DNA of 64,000 nucleotides from Eledone cirrhosa (GCA_964016885.1 OZ024740.1:380060001-380124000); one strand, 5' to 3'. Numbered from the stretch's first letter, positions 39,172 to 52,802 are shown. The notes: generated by a model from the sequence alone, not told the origin. Translations and numbers: made by a program.

Positions 39172-40221
39172 TCAAACGATCTCGCTGACTTTGCCGGCAT
39201 TTCTGTCTTCGGTCATCTCATGCCGCGACCTCGTCAGCAAGGTTCTCCAAAACACAATGGAAACCTCTGGGTTCAGGGAACGTGAGGCCGCCTGTGATAC
39301 GTGGGACAGGCTGGGACTTAGCCCAGTAGACGTCCCTCCTTCTTCTCCGCCTGTTGACGCCAAGTCCACCCAAAGCATATGGGATGCCATCCAGTGCAGC
39401 CTGGTCTCAGACAGGCTCATGCGCCAGCTCGACCAGCACCGCCTTGCCTGTACTCGCACGGCCTCCAAACACCACAGTGGTGCCTGGTTCCATGCCTTGC
39501 CCTCCTTCTCCACTAGCATGCAGCTGGATAACGATAGCTTGCGCATCAGCGTTTCCTTGAGGGTTGGACTCCGGAAATGCGAGCCACATAAATGTCGCTG
39601 TGGATCCACCGTGGACTGTTTCGGCCTCCACCCGTTTTCCTGTCGCCACAGTGCCGGCCGCCTTCCACGCCATGCTGCCCTCAACGAGGTCATAAAGCAT
39701 GGCTTGAACGTTGCAGGCTTCCCCTCCCAGCTCGAGCCGGTGGGACTGGACCGAGGGGACGGCAAAAGGCCAAACGGTGTGACCATCTTCCCGTGCCGCG
39801 GTGGCAAACCCTTCGTCTGGGATGCCACTTGCAGCAACACATTCTCCAGCTGCAACCTGGTGCAGTCTCCGACTAACCCAGGTTCTGCTGCACGTCGGGC
39901 TGAGGAGGCCAAACTTTCCAAGTACCGGTCCTTCTTCGACAGGTTCGCGGTTGTGCCCTTGGCAGTGAAGACTTCTGCTGTCCTTGGCCCTAGGGCTACC
40001 TCCCTATTCACCAGCATAGGCGCTGAGCTGGCCAGCCGCATGTGTGAGCCTCGCGAGTTGGAACGGCTCATCCAGCGCATCTCCCTTACCATCCTCCGGG
40101 GAAACGCCTTCTCCATCCTGTCCACTGGGGCTGTGGGGAGGCCAGCACGTGGGACCCCATTTGCTCACCATACGGATTAACCACACTGTATGACATGCAT
40201 TTTTCTTTAAAAAAAAAAAAA
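39172..40221 (+). mobile_element. 5'-truncated CRE-clade non-LTR retrotransposon (zinc knuckle plus restriction-like endonuclease)
   Basis: ORF 39191-40180: CRCG..VD..GLH..SC, RH..LN, LEP.GL.R.DGKRPNG, WDATC, AEEAKLSKY, QRISL.I.RGNA; short 3' UTR and poly(A). Confidence 0.85.
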
Positions 40222-41099
40222 GATATATATTAAAAAAATAATAATAATAATATTTTACAGTAATTGTTATTGATATATGGTTTCTTTTTATGAAATCGTA
40301 CCATTTACCTAGCGATTGAATGTAATATAGCACATAATACAATGTGTATTATTCTAAATGAGGACGTGTCACCTCAAATTCAGAAAAACGATTTCAAATT
40401 GAGCATATAATCATTTCAAAATGAGAAGAGCATTTTCAAGGTAAGTACATCGCTCGTCGTTGTCTCATAGATTGTTATTCTAGATCAGACTACGAAGCTA
40501 CAAGCAACTTATCCAATCCATAGGCACTAATTTGAAGACTGCTAACAATACTTTTAGACTGCATAGAGTAAAGAAAATGAAAAGCGTTACCAAGAGTCGG
40601 TATTTAAAAAATGAAATGTGTTAAAGCTATTCGTCCTAATTTACGAGACAAGTAATAACATCCCATTATCCACCTTGCAAAAGATAAATGAGTATTTTGC
40701 TTCGCTTCTAATCTGAAGAAAACTTACAATCAACTAAGCAAACACACATTGTTGGCATTATAAATGATGTTATGAAACTATATATTCTATAATATATATT
40801 TTGTGTTACTCTAACTTTGAAATAGCAACGTTTCATTTTGAGATCATTAATCCTATTCTGAAGGAGCAAGTTCATATTTAGAATTCCAAATACTGTTTAA
40901 ATACTGTTAAAATTTAAAATTCTAAATGTCGTCCCAATATAAATTACTCCAATAATAGTCGATCATCATAAATAGTAAGAGTTCAGAAAATAGAGTAAAG
41001 TGCACCGGGAGACAGAAACACACGGATAGAGACGCCTGCTTGGAATCGAACCCGCATCTCGTGGATGTTAGGGGCTCCGTGGCCACTAATTTCCGTCTT

Positions 41100-41440
41100 T
41101 TCAAGTATTTCACGTTTCTTGAGTCAACTGGATGTTTACACTTCTAGTTTCAAGCTTAAAATCTTGTGGCACCAATTTGTGTGGAAAATATCCACTGCAT
41201 CAGCCATTCTACTCCACAGTGCCCCATCCTGAGGTGAAATGCATTCCTCCAGATTTTATTGGGGTTAAATCGGGGACATAGGAAAACGAAGATCTTGTTG
41301 CCCAGTGGAATTGGTCAGTCAACGTCTGGTATATAATTAATTTTCGCTTCTCTGCGTCATAGGTGGTGTTTTCTAGGACTTGTGACCGAAGCAATGGGAG
41401 GGGGGGTGGCATCAGTGTCGCAATATGTGACTTCCCAGAT
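41100..41440 (-). pseudogene. Decayed Tc1-like transposase C-terminus
   Basis: Minus strand VPDLTPI(K)NL resembles SPDLNPIENLW, preceded by a DN-A-P-H-like remnant. Confidence 0.45.
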
Positions 41441-41741
41441 GAAACTATTCAACAAAATCTACTATTCTTTTGGCAAACGAGGAGATATAAATATTAAAAA
41501 TTCAGATCATGGTTGTGTAGTGGACGGTAGTCTACGGCATCATAAAAGAAGTTCCATAAAACTTTTGCAGACAAACAACAAATAACAAGGGAAAGGAAAC
41601 CAGAATAAATAGGTCGATTATGAAAATCTCGTGAGTAATCTAATCTGAAAATTTCGCTTACATTATTCGCTTTCACAAAAGTCAATTTAATTGTAAAATG
41701 TAGTCCTCCCAAAGCAGAAATTACTATAACAGTCGATCAAC

Positions 41742-41998
41742 CTATATACTACTAAAACTCTCTGCTTGTGGGCTTGTCTGTAATTTAATACAGCCAAAAC
41801 GGCGCATAATGGTAAAATACTTTGAAAGTAAGTTTCCCCTGAAATGGGAATACAAATGGAGTACGGGTTCCCGAGATATTTGGTTTTTCCTGGTACCTTC
41901 ATAAATAGAGAGAGAGAAAGATAGAGAAAAGGAGATAGTTGTTGTGAGAGAGTAGATTCGAAGAGAGACATAGAGGGAGAGAGAAGGAGACAGAGAAG

Positions 41999-42074
<76 letters not shown>

Positions 42075-42538
42075 TTTTGGTGTTCTGAATGAAATTATAA
42101 CAGGTAACTTCAAAGAATCGAATACAGCATTACTGTATCTAACTAATATGTGGTGACTGAATATTAAATCATATAACTTGTGTTAAGACCGGATGTGTGT
42201 AGCGAATATTCCCTTCTAAATAGGAAGGGTTTCAAAGTTTGTGTGTATATATATGTGTGTGTGTATATATATATATATGGGGGGGGTGTATATATGTGTG
42301 TATGTGTATGTGTGTTTGTATATATGTGGGTCTGTGACCAATATATATAGGTCACAGACACCCACATGTATACACACACACACACACACATATATATATA
42401 TGGATCTTCCAATTTCCTTTTACATTATATACATGTCTGTGTGTATTTTAATTATTTAGGAATTATTTTTAAGAGAATATGATTTTAAAAAATATATTTT
42501 TGAGTGAACGTGACCTAACGGGTCACGGGTGATCTAGC
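41742..42538 (+). mobile_element. Probable non-autonomous Helitron
   Basis: 5' CTATATACTACTAAAA; 3' hairpin CGTGACC-TAACG-GGTCACG followed by CTAG. Confidence 0.55.
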
Positions 42539-42871
42539 ATAAATATAAAGTTGAGAAAATTGGGTAAATACCTTTAATGACGAGAATAAGGAATTAAGGG
42601 GACAGCAGGGAATCGAACTCCGTATCTCTCAAATGCCAAGTGAATGCATTTTACTGTACCTTAAAGAGCTAATGGTCTAGAATTCCTTCTTTTCAGACGA
42701 TTTTAAGCCTGAGGCTAAAGGTGTAAACAAGTATTGACTTAGGATGCATTAGGAAATTACTAAACTTGATATACAGTCGTCCCAGCAAAGAAATGATCAT
42801 AATAGTAGTCAATCAGTATAAATGGTTGAGAAAATCGGATAAAATAACATAAGAAACAATTATTATAGTCA

Positions 42872-43255
42872 CTAGGAGAAAAAGCACCCTTCGGGTGGTT
42901 TTCTGCTAGCATATGTAGTGTACATATTCATATTATACGCAAGTATATGCATGTAGATATGATACATCAAATAAAATCGTAATTGACAATATACACAGAA
43001 ATTGAACGAAGTCTGCGTTACACTGTCTTATGTAATCAGTAAAGTTAAAAAAAGACGATATTATATATAAACTGCATTAGGAGAAAATTAGTGACGGAAA
43101 TATATGAATGTTTATTTAAGCGATCGCTAACCGGAAGTGTTGACATTTGAAAATTTTAAAGTAGTGAATCTTAAAATAACTAACAAAATTATTTATATTT
43201 AATCAAGAATAACGAAATTTAGTAGTTAAATTATGTAATATTCATTCATTATTAT
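42872..43255 (-). mobile_element. Short non-autonomous Helitron-like element, copy 1
   Basis: Diverged reverse complement of 45781-46192; terminal ACCCGAAGGGT hairpin and CTAGT. Confidence 0.7.
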
Positions 43256-44463
43256 AGCTTAGATTGATCAGGTGAAACTGAACCAGTCATTACTCCCCAC
43301 AAAAAACATTTCAAGCTATTTACCACATCAATACGATGTAGATCAGCAGCTGTGTTTTCATAACCATTACAAATTACATAGCTTATTCACAACTTAATGA
43401 GGGAGACATATGTGCTTGCTGGATATGATAAAATATCCATTGTCCTCCTACTCATCCCCATCATCCTTTCCTTCTCCACTCCTCATGCTCTCCCCCTCAT
43501 CATCATAATCATCTTTCGACTGTGCTCACGTGGCCGAGTGCTTCATTTGGGAATGGTAAGGGATTTGAATCCTTACGCAGAATTTGAAATCAGAGAGAAA
43601 AGTGTCAGAACAGATACCTCAAGGTATCTCGCCCTACGCTCTTTAAGATCCCGCCAATCCACTGCCATTGATGGTACTTTATTTTATTGACCCCCAAAGG
43701 ATGAAAAGTAATGCTGAACTCAATGCGCTGAGAGTCGCAATGTGTTCAACAAATACCACATTCTAGCCGATGCTCTAATGACTGCCAATTGGCTGCCTAT
43801 GCTAGAAATAGCAGTCAAAAACACTCTTAAATACTACTTTTAAAAACAGAAGTAAAAAGCATTCCTAAATCATATTTAAAATAAAAACAAAGACACACGG
43901 CTGACATGTCCAACAGCAACAGTGCACTTCTCATTTCAACTTTAACGAAATCGACTCTCTGAAATCTTAGAATTCACCATTCTTCACAACATATAATTGA
44001 ATATGTTTAATTATGCGAACTTTATTAACTGAATTTGTTTTTGTTTTGGGCGCAACTTAAATTCTAATGATTTGCGTTATAATTATAACATGGCATTAAT
44101 TCATTTCAGTGTGATCCAATATCCAAAGTAATTTAACAGAAAATGATTTCAATTACAGAATTTTGAAAATTGAAACTTCTTTTCCCAATAGAACGTACCT
44201 ACACACTGGCGTGCAGACAGATATTACGAATGATAACTATAAAAATGTGTATTCACTCATATACACTTAAATCAGGGACGCATTTTCCGGGCAAGCCAGA
44301 TGAAATGAACCGAGCACACACATTAAAGTATTTGGCGTTAGAATTGAAAGGGCATCCAGTTGTTGAAATCAAGTCAAAAGTGGAAGGTATGCCCAAGATG
44401 CTGATCATCGAAGTCTAGTCTAGGATAACGACGATCCGTCACGAACCTAAAATATCAAGAGGA

Positions 44464-44501
<38 letters not shown>

Positions 44502-44739
44502 TTGCGAGGTTTTTGATATGAAATCGTGTGTCGAAACAAATATTGTTATACTTGGAGAGGGTCATATTTGTGTAATATTGCCAGAATTAATAACAGAACA
44601 CACTCACTGTTTGGTTGGTTTTCGCTTCTGTGTCCTTTATATCTGTTAATTTAATTTATTCGGTCCTCAATGTTGCCATTGACTGACCAACGGTCAAAAA
44701 TACAGATACAATATAGACACAAACACATATATATAGTCT

Positions 44740-44781
44740 ATCAAAGTTCTTTCGTTGCACATCTGCAACATCGTCAGTGGT
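44740..44781 (-). ncRNA. Minimal type I hammerhead with weak helix I
   Basis: ACCA-CTGACGA-tGTTGCAgatgTGCAAC-GAAA-GAAC-TT-TGAT. Confidence 0.6.
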
Positions 44782-45390
44782 GCTATTGTTTCCTCCCTTT
44801 GCATTGTATGTCTACGCCATCTTTATTTAGTCTGTTTATATATTTATTTATTTGTTTATTTTTTTGTCTTCTTTGCGCATCCGTTTGCGTGTGTGTATAG
44901 TGTTTTGTTTGATGTGTGTTCGTGTTTGGGTGACTGTGTATTGGTTAATGCATTCTATCTTTACTAGTGTGTGTTTATATGTGTTTGTTGTTATTGTGCT
45001 TGTGTATGTATTTATTTATTTATCTATTTATTTATTTATTTATACTTCTCTTAGATCAGTGTTGTTTGTTTGGGTGTTGTTGTTATTCCATTCATTTTTC
45101 TGTTTAGCCTTGGCCTTCTAAGTTCCAATAAATAAATAACAACAAACACATATAAACACACACTAGTAAAGATATAATACATTAACCAATTCTTATCTTT
45201 ACATTCTCCTTCGGTACATCTTATGCTATATACTATGTTTCTAGTTTTGCAGTTAATATGGGGGCTTAGTTTACAGATTATGCATTTCTTATCTATACAG
45301 GGAGGTCTTTGAAAGGGGTATGTCTATTATGATAGTAGAAATATTAAGTAGTAGAAATATTAAGATAGTAGAAAGACCAGGTACCTCCAT

Positions 45391-45680
45391 ATTAACTGCA
45401 AAACTAGAAACATAGTATATAGCATAAGATGTACTGAAGGACAATGTAAAGATAAGAATATATTGTACATAGGTGAGACAGCTCGTAGTATAGGAGAACG
45501 ATTAAATGAACACTGGCGAGAGCTTCAAGATATAAAAGAATCATCAGTACTCCACCAACATGCTAAAATAGAACATAAGGGCAAATTAGAGAACAGAAAT
45601 AAAAATAATATCTACACACAGAAAAGACGCAATGTTTAGACAAATCACAGAGGCAATAAACATAAATGAACTCCATACAC
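45391..45680 (+). pseudogene. PLE GIY-YIG endonuclease fragment
   Basis: INCKTRNIVYSIRCTEGQCKDKNILYIGETARSIGERLNEH..., then frameshift to DAMFRQITEAINI. Confidence 0.85.
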
Positions 45681-45780
45681 ATTGGTATATCTTAACTAAA
45701 ATACAAAAAGAAGTGCGGGATTGTGTCCAGAAAAAATATTTTTATTCCGTTTGTAAAATAAGTTGGATTACTTTGAATAA

Positions 45781-46192
45781 ATAATGAATGAATATTACAT
45801 AATTTATCTACTAAATTTCATAACTCTTGATTAAATATAAATAATTTTATTGCTTATTTAAAAATTCACTTCTTTAAAATTTTCAAATGTCAACACTTTC
45901 GGTTAGCGCCCGTTATATTATAACACTTAAAAAAACATCGCATATATTTCCGTCGCTAAGTTTCTCCTAATGCAGTTTATATATAATATCGTCTTTTTTA
46001 AATGTATCATGGATTACTTTACTGATTGCAGAAGAGAGTGTAACCTAGTCACTCTTCAATTTCTGTGGATATTGTCAATTACGATGTTATTTGACATATC
46101 ATATCTACATACATATATATTTGCATATAACATCAGTATGCACACTACACTTGTTAGTAGAAAACCACCCGAAGGGTTTTTTATTTGCTAGT
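45781..46192 (+). mobile_element. Short non-autonomous Helitron-like element, copy 2
   Basis: Ends AAACCACCCGAAGGGTTTTTTATTTGCTAGT. Confidence 0.7.
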
Positions 46193-46770
46193 ATATATAA
46201 TTCAAATTAAAAGATGTATGTATACATAAAGGGAAAGAGCCATATATCGATTGAGAAACACCAAATATTTTGTACATAAAGCACATAATATTCAGGAATA
46301 GGTACATACTTTAAGGTGGAAGATCCATTATTTTCTTTACAGTGCCGCTTCATAGTTAGTAAACCGAAGCAAAAATCGATCGAAGTTATTGATTATCGTT
46401 TACCAACTATCGATTTTGGTAAAGCTACAGAAAATGCGAAACTAATCATCAGAGGAATCGTCTTTGGATAAGTCCCAAAATAGTGCAAAATACCTTTATA
46501 TCTGTCGAGATCTGAGAGCTAGTTAAAACTATACACCGCAAAGTGTGAGAGAACGTTTTAATTGTCCCGGCAAATACAAATAGGACTGGATGTCGTATCT
46601 GCTAGAAACAGGTGCGAAGTAATAGTCACAGTTTAAGCAACTAAAAAAATTAAGAATTTGCAGCAGATATAAACTATATTATGGTATCATAACATACATA
46701 ATATGTATGATGATTATGTTTCTCGATAGAAATGAACGTTGCCATAGAGCATTAACAATTCAAATTAAAA

Positions 46771-46799
<29 letters not shown>

Positions 46800-46801
<2 letters not shown>

Positions 46802-47132
46802 ATGTAATCTGAGTTTTTCGAATATTAATAATAATATTCGATTCGTTTGCAATTATGCAAACAAGCGTCATTTTTAAAGCCATGTCAGTAGAATGAGCCC
46901 CTCGTTCTTGCTCTTCTGTTGGCATTTAAACAGAACGGCAGACACTAATGATTCTGGGTATTACCCTTCATCGGTATAGTTCATTAGTGTCTGCAGTTCT
47001 GTTTACATGCCAACAGAAGTGCAAGAACGAGGGGTTCATTCTACTGACATGGCTTTAAAAATGACGCTTGTTTGCATAATTGCAAACGAATCGAATATTA
47101 TTAGTAATATTCGAAAAACTCAGATTACATTT
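46800..47132. repeat. Long inverted repeat, about 150-bp arms with a 29-bp spacer
   Basis: 46800-46951 is the near-perfect reverse complement of 46981-47132. Confidence 0.9.
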
Positions 47133-47155
47133 ATTGTATTCAGCCATGTAGAGCG

Positions 47156-47194
<39 letters not shown>

Positions 47195-47238
47195 GTGTGT
47201 GTGTGTGTGTGCGTGCGTGTGGGGGAGGGGGGAGTATA

Positions 47239-47318
<80 letters not shown>

Positions 47319-47623
47319 TTGTATGCATGTATGGATGTATATATACACACACACCTATATACATGAATATATAGGAAAAGAGTCAGGACCCGGCGGCTGC
47401 GCTCCGACCCTTTCGACAGCTAGATCCGAACAGATCCTGACTCTTTTCCTATTACCCACTCTACTACCCTAAGTATCGAGTACTCTGGTGCTTTATCGTT
47501 CACCTGGTTCCTTACCACACTTCCTTCGTACATGAATATATATATATACATATCTGTCTATATATATACATATTTATATATATATATACATATGTATATA
47601 TATATATATATATACATATATAT

Positions 47624-48253
47624 ATAGGAAAAAGTATGACCCCGACGGCAGAGCTCAAGCGGTTTCGACGGCTATTTCTGGACTAAATTAGAATTTTTAG
47701 CCTGGTGAATAAACAGCCGAACTTTTCAAGGGGGTACTTCCTTATATGGGAAGATTGTAGTTGTCAAGAGGATTGGTTAAAATTTGTTGTAAACACAAAT
47801 AAGTCTATCATGGCATTTGGTGGAGGGTAGGGGTGGCTGAACTTGCCTGTAGAACAATAGGGGAGTAAGTAAAAGATAATAGAAATAAATTAAAAAATAT
47901 ATAAAATTAGATAGTGAGAAATGAATAAAAAAAATCACAATGCTATCTTACAATTACAGGTTAATAAGTTGAGAATAGAAAAAATAAATTTACAACAAAT
48001 TTTAACCAATCCTCTTGACAGTTGTCAAAAGGATTGGTTAACATTTGTTGTAATCTTCCCATATAAGGAAGTACCCCCCTTGAAAAGTTCGGCTATTTAT
48101 TCATCAGGCTAAAAATTCTAATTTAGTCCAGAAATAGCCGTCGAAACGGCTTGAGCTCTGCCGTCGGGGTCATACTTTTTCCTATTTCCCACTCTACTAC
48201 CCTAAGTATTGAGTACTCTGGTGCGTTATGGTCCATCTGGTTCCTTACCACAA
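47624..48253 (+). mobile_element. PLE pLTR fragment with inverted 5' copy, hammerhead (48075-48170) and 3' tail
   Basis: Arms about 47624-47795 and 47990-48185; tail shared with 37910-37988 and 47453-47528. Confidence 0.75.
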
Positions 48254-49294
48254 TTGCTTTGCTATATATATATATATATAATACAAGGACGATTTGTTAA
48301 GTCTTCATTATGTTTATTGATTGGTGACGCACGTTTCGCTATTGATCAGCTCAAAGTTCGATCTGTATCGATCTGGCCCGACTCCGGAATCAAAAGCTCG
48401 TCGGAACTCTGCCGCTGTAATGACAGAATGAACATATAAAGCATAGAAATGTCTGAAACGATTCGCGTTCATATGTTGGTCAGTTTATGTTGTTTTGATT
48501 GGTGGTTTAGCTATGTGGAATGGTTTGGTATGTGTGATAGGCAGGGGGGTGAGCTTACTGACGAGGTGGTGATGGGGAGCGATGGTTGATGTGAGTTGTG
48601 GGGGTGTGGTATTTTGTCCAGCCATAGACATTTCGGCGTGTACGTGGTGAGAAGGAGGTGCTGTGTGTGGTGTGGATGTGGTAGGGTTGTGCGTGATAGG
48701 ACATGAAAGAGTGCAGTGTTGTATTAGGGGTAGGAGCTTCTTGCTGGTCATCAATTTATCACGAAGAGTGAGTGGACATAAGGGTGGTAGGTTATACTAG
48801 GTTAGGGTAGGGTTTATTTGTAAGCTGTTTAGACATTGTTAAAGGGAATTTGCGTTATAAAGAATTAATGAAGTGATGAAAATTGTATGAAGTTAGTGTT
48901 TGAAAATATATATAAAGGGTTAATGAAATTGAGAATTATGGTATGAGCTTAGTGTTTGAAAAGACTATAAAAAGACTATAAAGAAATTTTTATTAAAAAA
49001 ACTTTTGGAGAGGTTGCTAAAACACTGTGTTCAGAGTCAAGATGCCTGTGCAGTGCATATTGTGTGAAAAGAATATAAAAAGGAAAATAAAAAGGAAAAT
49101 ATTTATATTCTTTTCACACAATATGCACTGCACTGGTATCTACCCACAGTGTTTTAGCACCCCCCCCCCCAAAAAAACAACATTTTTTAATAAAATAAAA
49201 CTAAATTAAAATAGATTAGTTCACTATCTAGCTTTCGGTTCTTTGCGTTGCTCGATATTATATTCCTAATGGGTGTGAAATAGTTCTGAACTAT

Positions 49295-49473
49295 GCAGTG
49301 TCGGTAGAGTGTCGGACGCCATGCTTTCCATCATAGAGTTACGTCCCTTTACCGACTGATTTCAAATCCCGCCGAGGTTAACTTTGCCTTTCATCCTTAC
49401 GGGGTCGATAAAATAAAGTACCAGTAATGTACTGAACAACTGTTGGCCTTGTGCCAAAGGTAGAAAGAATTAT
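49295..49473 (+). mobile_element. tRNA-derived SINE, family A
   Basis: Homologous to 16360-16548. Confidence 0.8.
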
Positions 49474-49911
49474 ATAAAGGAGTGTGGTTTGGAGTTCAAT
49501 AACCAGTAAAATTACGATTTCCCAGTCTACTTAAAGCTCAAGGGCCTACCAACCGTTCCGAGTATTTTCGTCTACCGAAAAATAAGGGAAATTTATTTTT
49601 TCCAAGTACTCTAGGAAGGTGGACAGACCCAGGCGTCGCAAGTGCAAGTAGGAAAGCCATCACAGTCAGTCGTTGATCCAATGTATACCAAATGATTATT
49701 AGTTATTCATATCAGTGGTGTTAATAAGAGTCGTATGAAAGCTTAAATGTTGTAGGATTTAATGATATAGGAAAAGAAACTATACTCAATGTTAAGGTAA
49801 TCTGGGTTCCATGCATTGTTCAGTTTTGTATTCATATGATAAATAATCCCATCCCACACTATAATCAATATAGGTAAGATATTGATATACACCTTAATAC
49901 TACAACGTATA

Positions 49912-49977
49912 ATAAATTAAATGAATAATTAAATGAATAAATTAAATGAATAATTAAATGAATAATTAAATGAATAA
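49912..49977. repeat. Minisatellite (AATTAAATGAAT) x about 5
   Basis: Seen directly. Confidence 0.85.
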
Positions 49978-50776
49978 AAAAGATATATAACCATATATAG
50001 GCAACTAGTATATGGTTGGTACTATGTGAAAGAGATAGTGAAAGAGATAGTAAATGAAAAGAAACGTATCTTGTAGAGGGGACGTGTGATATCTTGAGTT
50101 ACTAGATAACGTTAAGGTCAAGACGTGCACAAGTGAATTCAGAAATAAACAGTATAGAAAATTATAGTCTTGTGTAGCGAAATAAGTTTAGTTAACAGTC
50201 GAGTAAAAACCAAGGATAAGTATATAAAGAATATAAAATGTAATCATACACAGAGTGGTAATCATGGGAGTAAAAATGGAAGTAAATAAGAAATATCTAA
50301 AAAATAAGAAATTACAAATTAAAGTGTAACAAATAAACAATAAATAATAAGGTTAAAAGATGTGAAAATATAGAAAGTAGAAGAATAGAGGTAGTATCAG
50401 ATGATATGTAGTGTAGGTTCAAGTATTAACCATCTACCTTAAAAACTATAAATTATAAATGTGAAATTCAGTCAATACAGGGTATAGGAGGACATGCGGA
50501 TTGTTCACAGAATTTGTGAAGTCCGACGGAGGTTTGAATGTTTCAAATAGGGATGTGTAGCAAGGTGAGGTCCCAGTGGTGAGGTAGACTTATTTTCTGC
50601 AGTTAATATCAGACTGGGTTGTAATTAGTCCCATGTTGGCAATAGCTCCTTGTTCGTGCCAGGGCCTCTGTCTCCATTACATCATAAAGCGGTCAACAGT
50701 ATAAGGTGCAATATTCATTAAAGTTTTGTGGTTCACCACTGGGTAGAATTGATCATACACACACACACACACACAC

Positions 50777-50813
<37 letters not shown>

Positions 50814-51340
50814 TTAGCCTCATTCTATGCCAACTTTTCAGAAGGCATGATGGAAGAAATTTTGCTCAAACATTCGGTTTTGATTTTAATTTTAATTTTA
50901 AACACTTTTTTTACTCCCTTTTTAATTAACTTTTTTCACTGAATTCGACAAGATGGATTTTAATACATCGAAACCGGTAATTTTTCCATACACTTTATAT
51001 AGTCCATAAAAAAAAATTTCAAAAAGGAATTGTCGCTCTTTTTTTTTAATAACATTATCTTTTCAATAATGTCACTTTGACGAATCAAAAAAGAAAAACA
51101 GGCCCTTAAACATATCTCCCGTGCTATTTCCAACTTCATCTTTTCTCTATACCCATTGTTTTCTATAGAACCTCACTTCTCTTTTCTAATATATAAGAAT
51201 ATATATATATTCTTTTGTTCTTTCACAAGTTTCTTTTGATCACGGACATGCAGTGACATAGTCGATACTATTGACCCAAGCACCTATTTTTCAAGTCGTG
51301 TACTTAATTTATCAAACGTTTTCTGTCGACCCGGCAAGAT

Positions 51341-51492
<152 letters not shown>

Positions 51493-51651
51493 TACACACA
51501 TACACACACACAATGAAATTATTAGGTCTACCTATACCAATGACATTGTTTAACGCAAAGATATAGGAAAACACATTTGATGAAGATGTTACACTGCGTA
51601 ATTGAACCCAGAGCCATATGATTGCGAAGCGATCGCATTAAACAGAAACCC

Positions 51652-51683
<32 letters not shown>

Positions 51684-51737
51684 GCAAACACACACACACA
51701 CATACATATACACAGACACACACAGATACAGAAACAC

Positions 51738-51770
<33 letters not shown>

Positions 51771-52757
51771 TATATGTGAACATGCGGGCTAACCGTCATA
51801 AACATATGTATATATATATTCATCTAATTGTTTATATACCTTTATATCTGTCTATCCATTTACCTTTACCAAACTCTTTTGCACTACCCCTTCATGTATG
51901 TGTGTGGACGAGTGTGCGTATTTGTATGTGTGTTTATTACCCATTTCCCTTTTACTATTTCCTAACTATCTCTTTCTCCCTTTCTCTCTCTCTCTATCTA
52001 TCTATCTCTCTATCTATCACTATATAACTATCTATCTATCTGTCTATCACTAGAAAGGTATTTATCACTATATAAGTATCTATCTATCTACCTACCTATG
52101 TATGTATCTAACTGTTTTTGTTACCTCTTTATTAAGCGATTTATCTCCCCAAACCTTCGGCCTATCTTCCGATTAATTTCCCGCCCGTTAAATATCTAAT
52201 GTAATTTTCTTTTAGTTTTCCTTTACAACTAGCGTGTTTACCTCCACATCACACGTTGATATTTATATTTCCTTTTCTGTTTTATTCCCTTATTTTTTCC
52301 TCTCTCCCTAATTCCAAATGCTCAGTTACATTAGAACTAGTCAAGTAATTATTCTAATTCACCTTCGTTTGACTCTATTCTCTTCGTTCTATCTTTGTTT
52401 TTACACCAAAGCCGCTATCATGTCCTGTACTATTATATTCCGAAACTAAAAGTTGACTTGCAACAGTTTAAACGAGTCGCCATATTCGTTACTATATTTA
52501 GTCCTCCTCGGCAAGTTGTCAAGCTGGCTATATGTTACCATAGGAGCACAAAATCGATATTTCCCACATGCCAGACATGTACCCAATCAATATTAAGGCA
52601 ATATGTGTTTATACTAGTTCTCACTGTCTCTCTCATTCTCTAGCTTTGCGTATCTTTGTTACTATGTGGTATATATGTGCACAAAATTAGACGTGTTTGT
52701 AATGTGGTTTACATTGTATAATTATGAATGCTTGGAATATATATACATACACGCACA

Positions 52758-52802
<45 letters not shown>

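Larger units (their letters stand above)
44498..45690. mobile_element. Rearranged Penelope-like element with hammerhead and GIY-YIG remnant
   Basis: Hammerhead at 44740-44781 (-); inverted pairs 44941-44996 / 45133-45189 and 45190-45262 / 45387-45459. Confidence 0.8.

Noticed and set aside
39172-40125. 317-aa antisense ORF as a separate gene
   Set aside because: Shadow of the GC-rich CRE ORF with no recognisable domain.
41025-42662. tRNA-like segments at about 41030-41090 and 42600-42660 as tRNA genes
   Set aside because: Only B-box/T-arm resemblance with no complete cloverleaf; probably SINE heads.
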